Assembly: GCA_036160375.1 (NCBI GenBank)
Contig: JAYYDY010000109.1
Span: forward strand, 1,677-65,676
From: Thermoplasmatota archaeon
Lineage (GTDB): Archaea > Thermoplasmatota > Poseidoniia > Poseidoniales > Poseidoniaceae
DNA: 64,000 nt
Reading direction: 5' to 3'
Of the stretch, positions 48,701 through 57,202 are shown in pieces; the stretch's first letter is position 1; each line of letters opens with the position of its first letter. The translations under genes were made by a program, and so were the position numbers. The notes under the pieces are model-generated. The model was not told the origin of the DNA and ran no database searches. It worked only from the letters and a program-made list of their open reading frames with translations.

Positions 48701-48824
48701 CAGAATGGTGGACACCGACGGTGACGGACACGTGAACTTCTGCGAATACAAGTGGGACACCAACCCGCGAAACCCTGTTTCCTACCCTGGTCAAGGTGAG
48801 TTGTGCGACCCGTTCAGTGACTGA
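45741..48824 (+). CDS. secreted/anchored protein built almost entirely of thrombospondin type-3-like Ca-binding repeats
   Basis: N-terminal hydrophobic helix (YVAIVSTLIFGSLFVGVSGFF), then dozens of DxDxDGxxDxxE units (DSDGDGLSDKLE, DTDNDGMSDGWE, DPDRDGLTNQAE, DTDNDGLNDRWE, DTDSDGLTDLEE and others). Confidence 0.85.
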   Translation: MSLNHNQMAYVAIVSTLIFGSLFVGVSGFFQTSEDIGGFESAVEEDIRGDTVPIDAAIDSDGDGLSDKLEETQYGTDVNDPDTDNDGMSDGWEVQHGLNPLDNGESEDLEVDPTQNQDSSDAQVENETESWPDPSQGPNGDPDRDGLTNQAEQELGTDPQRADTDNDGLNDRWESLYTTSVQTPGGEVILFNPLDGNWDCLLLDQAMVDALESRFNGENGMADWDDLASNDRHSCDMVLDTDDDGLANFEEEAFGTNPTARDSDMDLIDDIVEVANNGTIALFTGMGESCNEPLLQSVPRIGPFNGVERSWFLMDMDGDGLLNGPSDWDTDGDGMPDGFEYCYSDPTMAPNAAYVLNPANASDGYGDWDEDGMNNLEEYQVAQLFGEGNFTSPWLEDTDQDEMPDQWEASNGLHPRSASNRDQDPDMDGYDLDGDGHVMYSELENTAIVHTVDVVLGQQVSENQQVASARITLAGGNQQVIPMRAPVDGYVYELNVVVGQSIDSRLFAWMNIVEEEERFTNVMEYKANDRDQDGILDGRSTNPLNADTDNDGLIDGIEVMGWEILVVNRGVQPTWVTSDPGLYDTDADGLSDYAEYSSTCNLGGSNASNPDTDSDGLTDLEEAGDNFMWEGETYSTSPCMFDTDNDGLEDGEEVVAGADNFLTHANNSDTDDDGLIDGQEVLFVPRPFQNPTNPLLNDTDGDEMLDGWEMQVKSAEDNTNSHSLWVATSTWERPGCESTQTNSCTMQPGGYVWQNWLGGFALEPKFQVSEMNLTGFQMPTNPLCDGCNGRWALDPSLSSLKDDTFDVDNDTLANGMEAPDRWNTNPVDDDTDGDMLPDGWEVYYSQLAFENGLADNETVGVYGARGVMDPAMPDSDLDGINDGLEDPDMDGLNRTGLIKRYCPGYNDSTNSECNIDPDSPDGQRFYDNLENYTNFEEMQNGTNPITNDTDGDDWNDGPEVYYQDHDDDGMATGWEYHFQFDPFDGADRMVDTDGDGHVNFCEYKWDTNPRNPVSYPGQGELCDPFSD

Positions 48825-48833
48825 TGAAATCCG

Positions 48834-50414
48834 GTGATGTGCACTGTGTCTTTGAACAGCGACCGTTTTCCAAACGGGGTTCTTCTGGTCATTTTCTTGA
48901 TGCTGGTATCGGCCATGCCTCATGGCGTGGCTGAAGAGCCCCCGTCATCACCCGTACAGGTTGAGATTCTGTTCAATCAGCCACAGGGGACACACATGTT
49001 GGACATCATCCACCTCAACGGAACATCAAACGTTCCCCTTCGCAACGCCAGTTGGTCGGTCGTCAACATCTCTGGTTCAACACCAACCACTGTCATCTCT
49101 GGTCCCTACTTGACCACCGTCATGCCACTCTCAGAAGGGCTCTTTGCATGGAACCTCACCGTTGATGTCCTCGGCCTTGATTGCACGTGTTACGTGAGCA
49201 TTGAGATCATCGACGAGGGCGGAATTCATCGCCACTCGGACCTTTTGCTCTACCTTGGCGATGCCTTGCATCGACCCGTCATGGTTGGTGAATGGCGGCA
49301 GCAGTTTAGCCACGAAATGACGACTGAAAACGGTCAACAACCGCTGCTTCTCGTTGCTGACCGGACCGACTATGAAATTGACTTGGTCCTCGCACCTGAC
49401 AGTGGTTCCATCTCCATGGTCTCAGCGAACGTCTGTGAAGCACCGTACGGCGTATGTCTTGATGCTCCGGTGTCTCAAACCGTTCCGCATCAACTGGTCG
49501 ATTCGCAGTTGGTGGTCTCGTTGGAACCAACCAACCTGACCGCTGAAGAGGGTGTTTGGAAGGTCGTGTTCACTGCGACCGATTCACTCCTTCGTACCAC
49601 AGGACAGCACCATCTGCTTCTCGTTTACGACATTACGCCGCCTAAAGTGCTCCTCAGTGCAGAACAGACAACGCTTGAACGAGAGCCGATCAACGTCTAT
49701 GCAACCGTAGACGATGGCTACACGGGTGCTGAATTTACCTATACGTGGACCTTGATCGATGAACAGGGAATGAGGCGAGCGCCAACCGATTCGGAACAAC
49801 TCGCTCCAAACCACCTCCTGTTCAATCTCACGTCTCAGGGCCAGTACACCGTTGAGGTGTCGGTTCGAGACCTCGCAGGTCGAAGCGGGGAGGCTTCGAG
49901 CAATTTCACCGTCATGAATCAGCGACCAACTGCGCTGATCAGCAATGATGGAATGATTTTCGGTGAGGATGGACGGTTGACCGTGCAAGAGAATGATGGC
50001 TGGGCCATCACCGGCAACCTCAGCTACGACGACGAGCCAATCGAGTATTTGTGGGTCGTGAACGATGATCGCTCCTGGCGTGGGTTGACCTCCCTGAACC
50101 AAGAGCATTTTGAAGAACCCGGCACCTACACCATTGAACTGATCGTTTTTGATGACGATGGTGCGACACATTCCACCTTCTTGGAATTGGAAATCCTTGC
50201 GCAAAGCATCGATGAATCATCCTCATCGAACGGTTGGCTCGGGTTGCTCGTGTTCGTGTTCTTGCTTGGAATTGGTGTTGGTTTGAGCCGAAGGTCTGGC
50301 TCGGTTGATGAATTGCCCAAATGGAATACGACAGGGAAGTCCTCTGTCAAGGAAGAAGCGGCTCGTTCAATTGACGAAGATGCAACGGTTGAAGAAGACG
50401 AAGCGCGAGGGTGA
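48834..50414 (+). CDS. secreted PKD-domain protein with a C-terminal TM anchor
   Basis: Signal-like N-terminus; PKD-like modules (YTWTLIDEQG...YTVEVSVRDLAGRSG and YLWVVNDDRSW...YTIELIVFDDDGATHS); TM helix GWLGLLVFVFLLGIGVGL; acidic tail. Confidence 0.8.
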   Translation: MMCTVSLNSDRFPNGVLLVIFLMLVSAMPHGVAEEPPSSPVQVEILFNQPQGTHMLDIIHLNGTSNVPLRNASWSVVNISGSTPTTVISGPYLTTVMPLSEGLFAWNLTVDVLGLDCTCYVSIEIIDEGGIHRHSDLLLYLGDALHRPVMVGEWRQQFSHEMTTENGQQPLLLVADRTDYEIDLVLAPDSGSISMVSANVCEAPYGVCLDAPVSQTVPHQLVDSQLVVSLEPTNLTAEEGVWKVVFTATDSLLRTTGQHHLLLVYDITPPKVLLSAEQTTLEREPINVYATVDDGYTGAEFTYTWTLIDEQGMRRAPTDSEQLAPNHLLFNLTSQGQYTVEVSVRDLAGRSGEASSNFTVMNQRPTALISNDGMIFGEDGRLTVQENDGWAITGNLSYDDEPIEYLWVVNDDRSWRGLTSLNQEHFEEPGTYTIELIVFDDDGATHSTFLELEILAQSIDESSSSNGWLGLLVFVFLLGIGVGLSRRSGSVDELPKWNTTGKSSVKEEAARSIDEDATVEEDEARG

Positions 50415-50417
50415 ATC

Positions 50418-51791
50418 ATGTTCGCTGAAGCGTTGACCCGCTTGCCTCAACGGCCCGAACCAACGAGCGTCGAGGAATACGCTGAGCGCCAGACCCGTCT
50501 AACCAATCAGTTCCGTCAAAATGACGTCTTTATCCTCGCCTCGCCTCCACACGCTGTTCATTCAAACGATGTGGAATATCCATACCGTACGTCAAGCGAC
50601 CTGATTTACCTGACCGGATGGACCGAACCCGAGAGTGTGTTTGTGGTGCGCAACGTAGGAGGGGATTGGGTCTCCTCCCTCTTTGTTCAACCAAAAGACA
50701 CCCTGAAGGAAATTTGGGAAGGAAGGCGCCCGGGCGTTGAGGGTGCCACTTCCGATTTTGCTGTTGGCGAGGCCTACAACAACGATGAATTGGAAGACCG
50801 TCTCAACGACTGGCTGACCGATGCTCGTCGCGTGTTCCACCGCGGTGGCGTTCACGCCGGCCTCGACCGCTTGGTGGAATCAGCCGTAAGGCGCCGAGAC
50901 CGTGCTCGACAACACTTTGGAACAGGACCAGTGGCCGTTGAAGATCCCTCTGGAATTCTCGCTGAACTTCGCCTTCGCAAGTCGTCTTCTGAAATTGAAC
51001 AAATGGTGTTCTCCAGCAAGGTGGCCAGCATCGCTCACGAATTGGCCATGCGCCACAGTCGCTCAGGCATCACTGAATACCAGTTGCAATCGGTGATTGA
51101 GGGCTTCTTCTCCTATGCAGGTGCTTCTGGATGGTCCTACCCCTCCATCGTCGGATGTGGCGAGAACGCAACCATCCTGCACTACACCACCAATCAAGAT
51201 GTCTGCGGAGATGACGAGGTCATTCTCATCGATGCAGGTGCTGAATTCCGTGGCTATGCGAGCGATATCACCCGGTCATGGCCGATTTCTGGTAAGTTCA
51301 CGGATGCCCAACGTGAAATATACCAAATTGTCCTCGACGCACAAATCGCTGCCATCGAAGCCTGTCAAGTCGGCAACCTCTACACGGCCCCACACGATGC
51401 AGCTCGCATCGTTCTTGCCGAGGGCCTCATTCGGCTGGGCGTTATCTCGCAGTCGGTTGAAGAGGCCCTTGACATGGAACATGGTGACCTCAAAAAGTGG
51501 TACATGCACAACACCAGCCATTGGATCGGGCTGGACGTTCATGATGCCGGTGTCTACAAACCAGGTGGAACGCCACGTGTCCTCGAACCAGGCATGTGTT
51601 TAACGGTTGAGCCCGGTCTTTACTTCGGAGCATGGCGGCCAGATGTCGATTGCCCTGAACGGTATGCCAACATTGGCATTCGGATCGAGGATGATGTGTT
51701 GATCACTGCCGATGGACCGGTGGTGCTGACCGCAGATTGTCCGAAAACCATCGAAGACATTGAGCGCATCGTTGGCCACGACCTCGAGTGA
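50418..51791 (+). CDS. Xaa-Pro aminopeptidase (M24B, PepP-like)
   Basis: AMP_N-like N-terminus (YPYRTSSDLIYLTGW). Metal ligands are in order: LIDAGAEFRGYASDITR, HWIGLDVHD, LTVEPGLY, GIRIEDDVLIT. Confidence 0.9.
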   Translation: MFAEALTRLPQRPEPTSVEEYAERQTRLTNQFRQNDVFILASPPHAVHSNDVEYPYRTSSDLIYLTGWTEPESVFVVRNVGGDWVSSLFVQPKDTLKEIWEGRRPGVEGATSDFAVGEAYNNDELEDRLNDWLTDARRVFHRGGVHAGLDRLVESAVRRRDRARQHFGTGPVAVEDPSGILAELRLRKSSSEIEQMVFSSKVASIAHELAMRHSRSGITEYQLQSVIEGFFSYAGASGWSYPSIVGCGENATILHYTTNQDVCGDDEVILIDAGAEFRGYASDITRSWPISGKFTDAQREIYQIVLDAQIAAIEACQVGNLYTAPHDAARIVLAEGLIRLGVISQSVEEALDMEHGDLKKWYMHNTSHWIGLDVHDAGVYKPGGTPRVLEPGMCLTVEPGLYFGAWRPDVDCPERYANIGIRIEDDVLITADGPVVLTADCPKTIEDIERIVGHDLE

Positions 51792-51800
51792 GGTGATCAT

Positions 51801-52988
51801 GTGGACTGGCAAAGCATCCTCCAACGGCAGTCGCAGTGGACCCGTAGTAGCGCTGCATCGCTTCGATTGACGCCCGAAGAGGCTGTGACATTGTACAATG
51901 ATGCGCCTCTTCACGCATTGATGGCGGCCGCGCACCATCGGAGGCTTGTCATGCACCCAAGTGGACAGGTCACCTACCTTGTCGACCGGAACATCAACTA
52001 CACGAATGTCTGCACCATCAACTGTCAATTCTGTTCCTTTTATCGCCCCCCCGGTCATGATGAGACCTACACGCAAACCTACGAACAAATCTCGGAGCGA
52101 ATCGTCGAATTGGAGGCCATCGGAGGTTCAAGGATTCTGATGCAAGGCGGCGTCAACCCTGAGTTGCCGATGTCGTGGTACACTGACCTCTTGCGCCATC
52201 TCCGAACCCACCACCCCTCCATTGACTTGGACTGCTTCAGTCCAATTGAGATCGAGGGACTTGCAGAGGTTTGTGAGATGAGCACCCTTGAGGTTCTCAC
52301 GGTCCTCAAGGAGGCTGGCATGCACGGGCTGCCGGGCGGTGGCGCAGAGATGTTGGTGGACGACGTCCGCAAGGATGTCTCGCCGAAGAAGGGTGCTCCA
52401 GCCAACTGGCTTCGCGTCATGGGTGAAGCCCAATCCCTTGGCTTAACCACCAGCGCTACGAACGTCATTGGCTTTGGTGAAGACAACTCAGCGCGTGTTG
52501 AGCACATGCGTCGTATTCGTGCACTTCAGGATGAATCGCTGGAACATCACAGCATTGGGTTCACGTCATTCATCGCTTGGCCCGTTCAGTTGGAAGTAAA
52601 TTCGTTCGGCCGGCGAAACCGAGGCCAAAACAAGCACGTTCTCGGCGCAGGTTCCACCGAATATCTTCGCCACGTCGCTATTTCCCGTCTGTTCTTGGAC
52701 AACGTCGAACACATCCAGGCCTCATGGCCAACCATGGGGCTGGCCATCGCACAAATGGCGCTCTTGGGCGGGGCGGATGATGCGGGTTCAACCATGATGG
52801 AAGAAAATGTGGTCTCGGCTTCTGGAACCAGCAAACTGGACGCATCAGAGATTGAACTCCAATCCGCTATCGTACGGGCGGGTTTCACACCTGTACGGCG
52901 CAACAGCGATTACGATCACTTGGAAACAGAACTGGTCGTGCCGAACCGAGTCGACCTCGCCGCTCCTCCTCCAGCGATCACGTCGTAG
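51801..52988 (+). CDS. radical SAM enzyme of the MqnC/MqnE/CofH family (futalosine-pathway menaquinone biosynthesis is most likely)
   Basis: DRNINYTNVCTINCQFCSFYR (CxxxCxxC), ILMQGGVNPELPMSWY, and a GTG start after AGGTGAT. Confidence 0.75.
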   Translation: MDWQSILQRQSQWTRSSAASLRLTPEEAVTLYNDAPLHALMAAAHHRRLVMHPSGQVTYLVDRNINYTNVCTINCQFCSFYRPPGHDETYTQTYEQISERIVELEAIGGSRILMQGGVNPELPMSWYTDLLRHLRTHHPSIDLDCFSPIEIEGLAEVCEMSTLEVLTVLKEAGMHGLPGGGAEMLVDDVRKDVSPKKGAPANWLRVMGEAQSLGLTTSATNVIGFGEDNSARVEHMRRIRALQDESLEHHSIGFTSFIAWPVQLEVNSFGRRNRGQNKHVLGAGSTEYLRHVAISRLFLDNVEHIQASWPTMGLAIAQMALLGGADDAGSTMMEENVVSASGTSKLDASEIELQSAIVRAGFTPVRRNSDYDHLETELVVPNRVDLAAPPPAITS

Positions 52989-55900
52989 GTCCGTAGAAGA
53001 CGATCCACACCACGGCACGAATGTTTCGTCCACCATTACCGATGCCATCAGAAGGCACGTATTCTTGCCCGTTGTAATAGCCCCTGTACACCAGATGGTT
53101 GGTGTTGTTGGTGGAATTGTCAACCCAATCCGTGATGTCAAACGTCCATTGCTTGACATCTTGCCCTGCACACCAACCGGCCCTTCCGAACGGCCACGAA
53201 CCGAATTGGTTGGCGACCACACCGTTGTTGACTTCATTTTCACAGCCTTCGCTGCTGTAGACGATGGGGTGCCATTCGTAGGTCTGGTGTTGGCCCATGG
53301 TGTAGTAGTGCTGATGGTCGCAGAATTCTGCACAGTTGGCCGTGTCTTTGTTGAACCCGTGCCCTGTGATCGTCGCCACAATCTCAACGCTGGTAGCGTA
53401 CGAAGGCACGGTGAAATTGAGCTGGCGTAGGTACCGAGATTCGTTGTTGTATGTACCGTCAAATTGTCCCCCACTGAAGGCGTACGTGCCATCAACGGCT
53501 CTGGTTCCACTTCCCCAATTGCTGAACAGGAAGGTCACCGTCAAATCCCCTTTGTTGGCGCCGGCATACTTGAAACGCCGCTCCTCGCCGTCGTTGAGCA
53601 TGAACAGGTAGGGTGAGATGTCGGTCAACCACATCCCTTCTCGTCCGTAGGTGGTGATCCAACGTACCATTTCTGTGTCGCAGATGGAATCGTTGTCCTC
53701 ATCGCAGACAAACAAGTAGGCAAGGTAGTCCCACTCGTGGCATCCGCCATACGAACCGTCGGATTTCTGATACCGGTTGGTGCGTTCATAGCACGCATGT
53801 TCGTGGTACACTTCGAGGGTATCGTAGGATTCGAGGTCATTTGGGAGGTCGAACGTTGCATTCGTGAAGGAGGAATACCCACCACCCCAACCGCCGGTGT
53901 GTCGTTGAAAATCCATGACGGATACGGCGTGAACCGCCGGATCTTGTTCACGGACTTTGGTTGGGAATTCAGCGACCCATTGGTTGGGTTCGAAGGACAA
54001 ATGGTAGGGATCGTTGGATTGGGTTGTCCATGCGTAAAGGGAACCGGTTTCACGAGCCAGTTGGAAGCGGTCAATCCCCATGAAGAACGGGTTGTTGAAT
54101 GAGCTGATCATGGCACCGATGCCGCCTCCGAGGTTGCTTGCGTCAATGTCAATGTAGTGAATACGATCGTCCCAGTAGGCCTCCTCCGAGGTGGTCAGCC
54201 CCGCCAACACGGCGTTTCGTTGTTGGATGACATCGTTGTGGTAGCTGTTGTCAAATGAACCGTAGAACAGGTGCGTGTTGGCTGGCAGGTTCCGTATGAA
54301 TTTCCCGGGGTTTTGTCCCCATGTCGCACCGTTGTTGTTACCGTTGCTGTCCGTGTACTTGAACATGAAAAAGTAAACATCGTGACCCGTCCAACGGTTG
54401 TTGAAATTGAAGGTGCCGTTCAAGGTCGGGAAGGTAAATTGGGGTACTGCTTGCATGGGTCCGTTCAAACTGCCGGCGGATGTCCAAGGTACTGGGTTTT
54501 GAACCACGGCACAACCGGTGGAATCCACGCTCCAACGGTCCGGAGAATTCGCACACAGGTCCACGTTGGCAAACACACCATCGCCATCAATGTCTGCGCA
54601 TCCCACGGCGTTGACGGCAAGACCTGAGGGGGTGCCTTCGCATTGATCTTCCAGGTCGTTTACACCGTCGCTGTCTGTGTCCCGTTCCACGGCAGCGCAC
54701 CCGAATTCGTTCACGTCCGTGGCATTTTGAGGTGTTTGAGGGCACAGGTCCAAGATCTCCCCGGTGGCGTTGACATCGTTGACCCCATCGTTGTCATCGT
54801 CCTCATCCTCCGTGGCGTCCTGGCACCCGTCATTGTCCCAGTCCGTGGCGCTGTCGGACACCCAATTGGCCACACCCTTGGCGCACGCATCGAATTCATC
54901 GAGGTGGTCGTCGTTGTCGTCGTTGTCGTCCTCGTCCAAGTCTGAACAGCCGTCGTTGTCCCAGTCGCTGTACCGGTTGGAGTACCATCCCTTTCGGCCG
55001 ACAGGACACAAGTCATCCACGTCTTGGACGCCGTCATTGTCGTCATCGTCGTCCTCATTGGCATCGTGGCAACCGTCGTAGTCGTAATCTGCTGAAGGCG
55101 TGCTCACCCATCCGTACGATTCGGGACACAGATCGTAGGTGTCAACAATCCCGTCGTTGTCATCATCTTCATCCTCATCGTTGTCCCTGCATCCGTCCTG
55201 ATCGCCGTCGGTGGCAAGGGTGGACTGCCATCCTTCGTTGGCGCCAATGCCCGAGGGACATCGGTCATTGACATCTTGAATGCCGTCACCGTCTTCGTCA
55301 TCTCCTGCACCCTCAATCAGAATTTGCGTTGTCGATGTGTCACTGGCCACCGTGTATCGTCCACAGTTGGCCTGTGTCGTGATGGTGTGAGATTCCGTGG
55401 CCTCGGTGAAGTCGACCAGCACCTTCCACGCACCTTCGGTGTTGAGTGCGATGGAGCCCTCGTTGCCGTCGGAGATGGTGTAGGTCAAGGTGCAAGATTC
55501 GAGGTACCGGTGGTCAACACGCCCCTCAAACCATACCACGTTTGGCTCCTCGAGGACCAAACGTGCCGGCACCGTGATGATGGGGGCGGCTTCCTCGGGC
55601 GCCGTCACCATCAACGGGAGGACCAACGGCTGGAGTTGTGGGTCCATCGTTGAAGCACCGGTGTTCACGATGGAGATGGAAACGATGTGCTCACCAACCA
55701 CACGTGGCGTAAACACCAAAACAAATCCGACTTCATTTTCCGTCCGCTGCACCGCATCAACGGGGGTGAAGTCAGGTTGCAGGACATCGTAGTCCAATCG
55801 CCATTCACCGATGCCCGATTGCTGCACGCCGAGGGTAAAGGAGGCCACTTCGCCCAACTGAATTTCTCCTGGAGCTGCTATCCACGTGGTCTTGAGCTCG

Positions 55901-56013
55901 TAGGTATCAGGCATTGGCTCTTCAATTTCTGGAGCCGGTTCTGTGGCCCCTAAACAGCCGGCAAGTGCCATGACGGCGACCAAAAAGAGTGCAGAACATT
56001 GACGGGCTTGCAT
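52978..56013 (-). CDS. surface lipoprotein with TSP3 repeats and a C-terminal peptide-N-glycosidase F (PNGase F)-like domain
   Basis: Lipobox VMALAGC at aa 14-20. TSP3 repeats span aa 236-500. The C-terminal region aligns by eye with Elizabethkingia PNGase F: CHEWDYLAYLFV (CDEWDRYANVYV), ITGHGFNKDTANCAEFCDHQH (ISGWGHAK..GCAEWCFRTH), GRAGWCAGQDV (DRAGWCPGMAV). Confidence 0.8.
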   Translation of the reverse strand: MQARQCSALFLVAVMALAGCLGATEPAPEIEEPMPDTYELKTTWIAAPGEIQLGEVASFTLGVQQSGIGEWRLDYDVLQPDFTPVDAVQRTENEVGFVLVFTPRVVGEHIVSISIVNTGASTMDPQLQPLVLPLMVTAPEEAAPIITVPARLVLEEPNVVWFEGRVDHRYLESCTLTYTISDGNEGSIALNTEGAWKVLVDFTEATESHTITTQANCGRYTVASDTSTTQILIEGAGDDEDGDGIQDVNDRCPSGIGANEGWQSTLATDGDQDGCRDNDEDEDDDNDGIVDTYDLCPESYGWVSTPSADYDYDGCHDANEDDDDDNDGVQDVDDLCPVGRKGWYSNRYSDWDNDGCSDLDEDDNDDNDDHLDEFDACAKGVANWVSDSATDWDNDGCQDATEDEDDDNDGVNDVNATGEILDLCPQTPQNATDVNEFGCAAVERDTDSDGVNDLEDQCEGTPSGLAVNAVGCADIDGDGVFANVDLCANSPDRWSVDSTGCAVVQNPVPWTSAGSLNGPMQAVPQFTFPTLNGTFNFNNRWTGHDVYFFMFKYTDSNGNNNGATWGQNPGKFIRNLPANTHLFYGSFDNSYHNDVIQQRNAVLAGLTTSEEAYWDDRIHYIDIDASNLGGGIGAMISSFNNPFFMGIDRFQLARETGSLYAWTTQSNDPYHLSFEPNQWVAEFPTKVREQDPAVHAVSVMDFQRHTGGWGGGYSSFTNATFDLPNDLESYDTLEVYHEHACYERTNRYQKSDGSYGGCHEWDYLAYLFVCDEDNDSICDTEMVRWITTYGREGMWLTDISPYLFMLNDGEERRFKYAGANKGDLTVTFLFSNWGSGTRAVDGTYAFSGGQFDGTYNNESRYLRQLNFTVPSYATSVEIVATITGHGFNKDTANCAEFCDHQHYYTMGQHQTYEWHPIVYSSEGCENEVNNGVVANQFGSWPFGRAGWCAGQDVKQWTFDITDWVDNSTNNTNHLVYRGYYNGQEYVPSDGIGNGGRNIRAVVWIVFYGPTT
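54514..55308 (-). repeat. coding tandem Asp-rich TSP3-type repeats (low-complexity GAC/GAT-rich DNA)
   Basis: Reiterated D-x-D-x-D-G-C/V-x-D-x-x-E/D..C units (DGDQDGCRDNDEDEDDDNDGIVDTYDLCP, DYDYDGCHDANEDDDDDNDGVQDVDDLCP, DWDNDGCSDLDEDDNDDNDD, DWDNDGCQDATEDEDDDNDGVNDV). Confidence 0.8.
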
Positions 56014-56050
56014 AGCAAATGGACCGCTTCGCTGTCCTTCAATGTGTTGT

Positions 56051-57193
56051 TCATGTTATGTCAAGTTCGCTTCGCCCGTCATGAAGCGGGAGGTCATTCA
56101 ATTCACTGAACACAGTTGAATGCGCGACTTTCAATGGTTGCACCCAGAGCAACGCACCTCCGCGTTGACGGTCGATTCGGAAGATGCATTCCCAGTGCAC
56201 GCGCAAGAGGTCGGTGTTCACCGAACCCGGCCATGTTGGTGAGGGCGGCCGAAGTGTCAGTGGTTCCCCCTCTCTCCATCGCTGTGGCTCACCTTGAACC
56301 ATCAACCGCATGGGCCTGAGAAACAGCCCTCCCTTGACTTCCTTGAGTTCCATGGGCGCATCCTCGCCTCCAGCCGTGCCGTCATCGAGGCCCACTTCCC
56401 AGTGGTGAGGGAGTTCGGTGGAGAGTCCAGGAGGTGGTTGACGTGTGGGGTCAATGTCAAGCGTGCGAAGGAGGGATTCTCTACCCGGCGGCAAGACACC
56501 CACTCGTAAAATGGCGTCAACGTGGTTCCATGTTGGATCCCACTCGGGAAATTCAACGTTCAAGATGAGATTCTCGTCGGCTTTACTTGGTTGGAGAAAA
56601 TCAATCTTGGGGGTTTTCAGATTTCGTTTGAGAAAGAGGTTTTGCCGTCGAAGTTCCGACAAATTAGCCAGCACCCGAATGAACAGGGGTGCAAAAATGA
56701 GTGGCACAACAAACACGGCCAGGGCCGGATAATCAAGCAAGCCCCACCTGACCGTGTCCAGGCCGTAAACGGGGATGCTCAGCAGTTCCAAAATCGGTGA
56801 GATGAACAGGTAAAACAGACTTGCAAGCAAAACGATGACAACGCCGTTGATGAACTGACGCAAGATGTTGTGAATCGGATTGGGAATCAGGTACCAACCT
56901 CTCCGTTGGCGTTTAACAAGGCGAACATAGGACTCCTGTTCTTGATGATGCCCGTTCATTTCCTGACTCACCGGTTCCCCGTCCAAAAGATAACGTCGTT
57001 CCATCAACCAACCGTCTTCACCTCCTAAACGAAAGGCAGGGGGTCGATTTCCAAGCGATTCCTTGGCAGCGTCCTTCGACTCGAATTCGCCGAGGTCAAT
57101 GTCTTGTTCCGCAATTGGAAGGGCGTCAGGTTGCCACCGGGCAGCCTCAAAAGGCGGGTAACGAATGCGGTGCTGTTCGATGAGCCGCTTCAT
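56051..57193 (-). CDS. hypothetical membrane protein (central TM bundle, soluble N- and C-terminal regions)
   Basis: A 380-aa ORF with about 3 central helices (GVVIVLLASLFYLFISPILELL, ALAVFVVPLIFAPLFIRVL) and no recognised motif. Confidence 0.55.
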   Translation of the reverse strand: MKRLIEQHRIRYPPFEAARWQPDALPIAEQDIDLGEFESKDAAKESLGNRPPAFRLGGEDGWLMERRYLLDGEPVSQEMNGHHQEQESYVRLVKRQRRGWYLIPNPIHNILRQFINGVVIVLLASLFYLFISPILELLSIPVYGLDTVRWGLLDYPALAVFVVPLIFAPLFIRVLANLSELRRQNLFLKRNLKTPKIDFLQPSKADENLILNVEFPEWDPTWNHVDAILRVGVLPPGRESLLRTLDIDPTRQPPPGLSTELPHHWEVGLDDGTAGGEDAPMELKEVKGGLFLRPMRLMVQGEPQRWREGEPLTLRPPSPTWPGSVNTDLLRVHWECIFRIDRQRGGALLWVQPLKVAHSTVFSELNDLPLHDGRSELDIT

Positions 57194-57202
57194 GGTCTCA
57201 CC

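Noticed and set aside
54514-55308. Highly repetitive GAC/GTC-rich DNA that superficially resembles a microsatellite or repeat array.
   Set aside because: It is in-frame coding sequence for Asp-rich TSP3 Ca-binding repeats. It has no spacer/repeat periodicity of CRISPR type.
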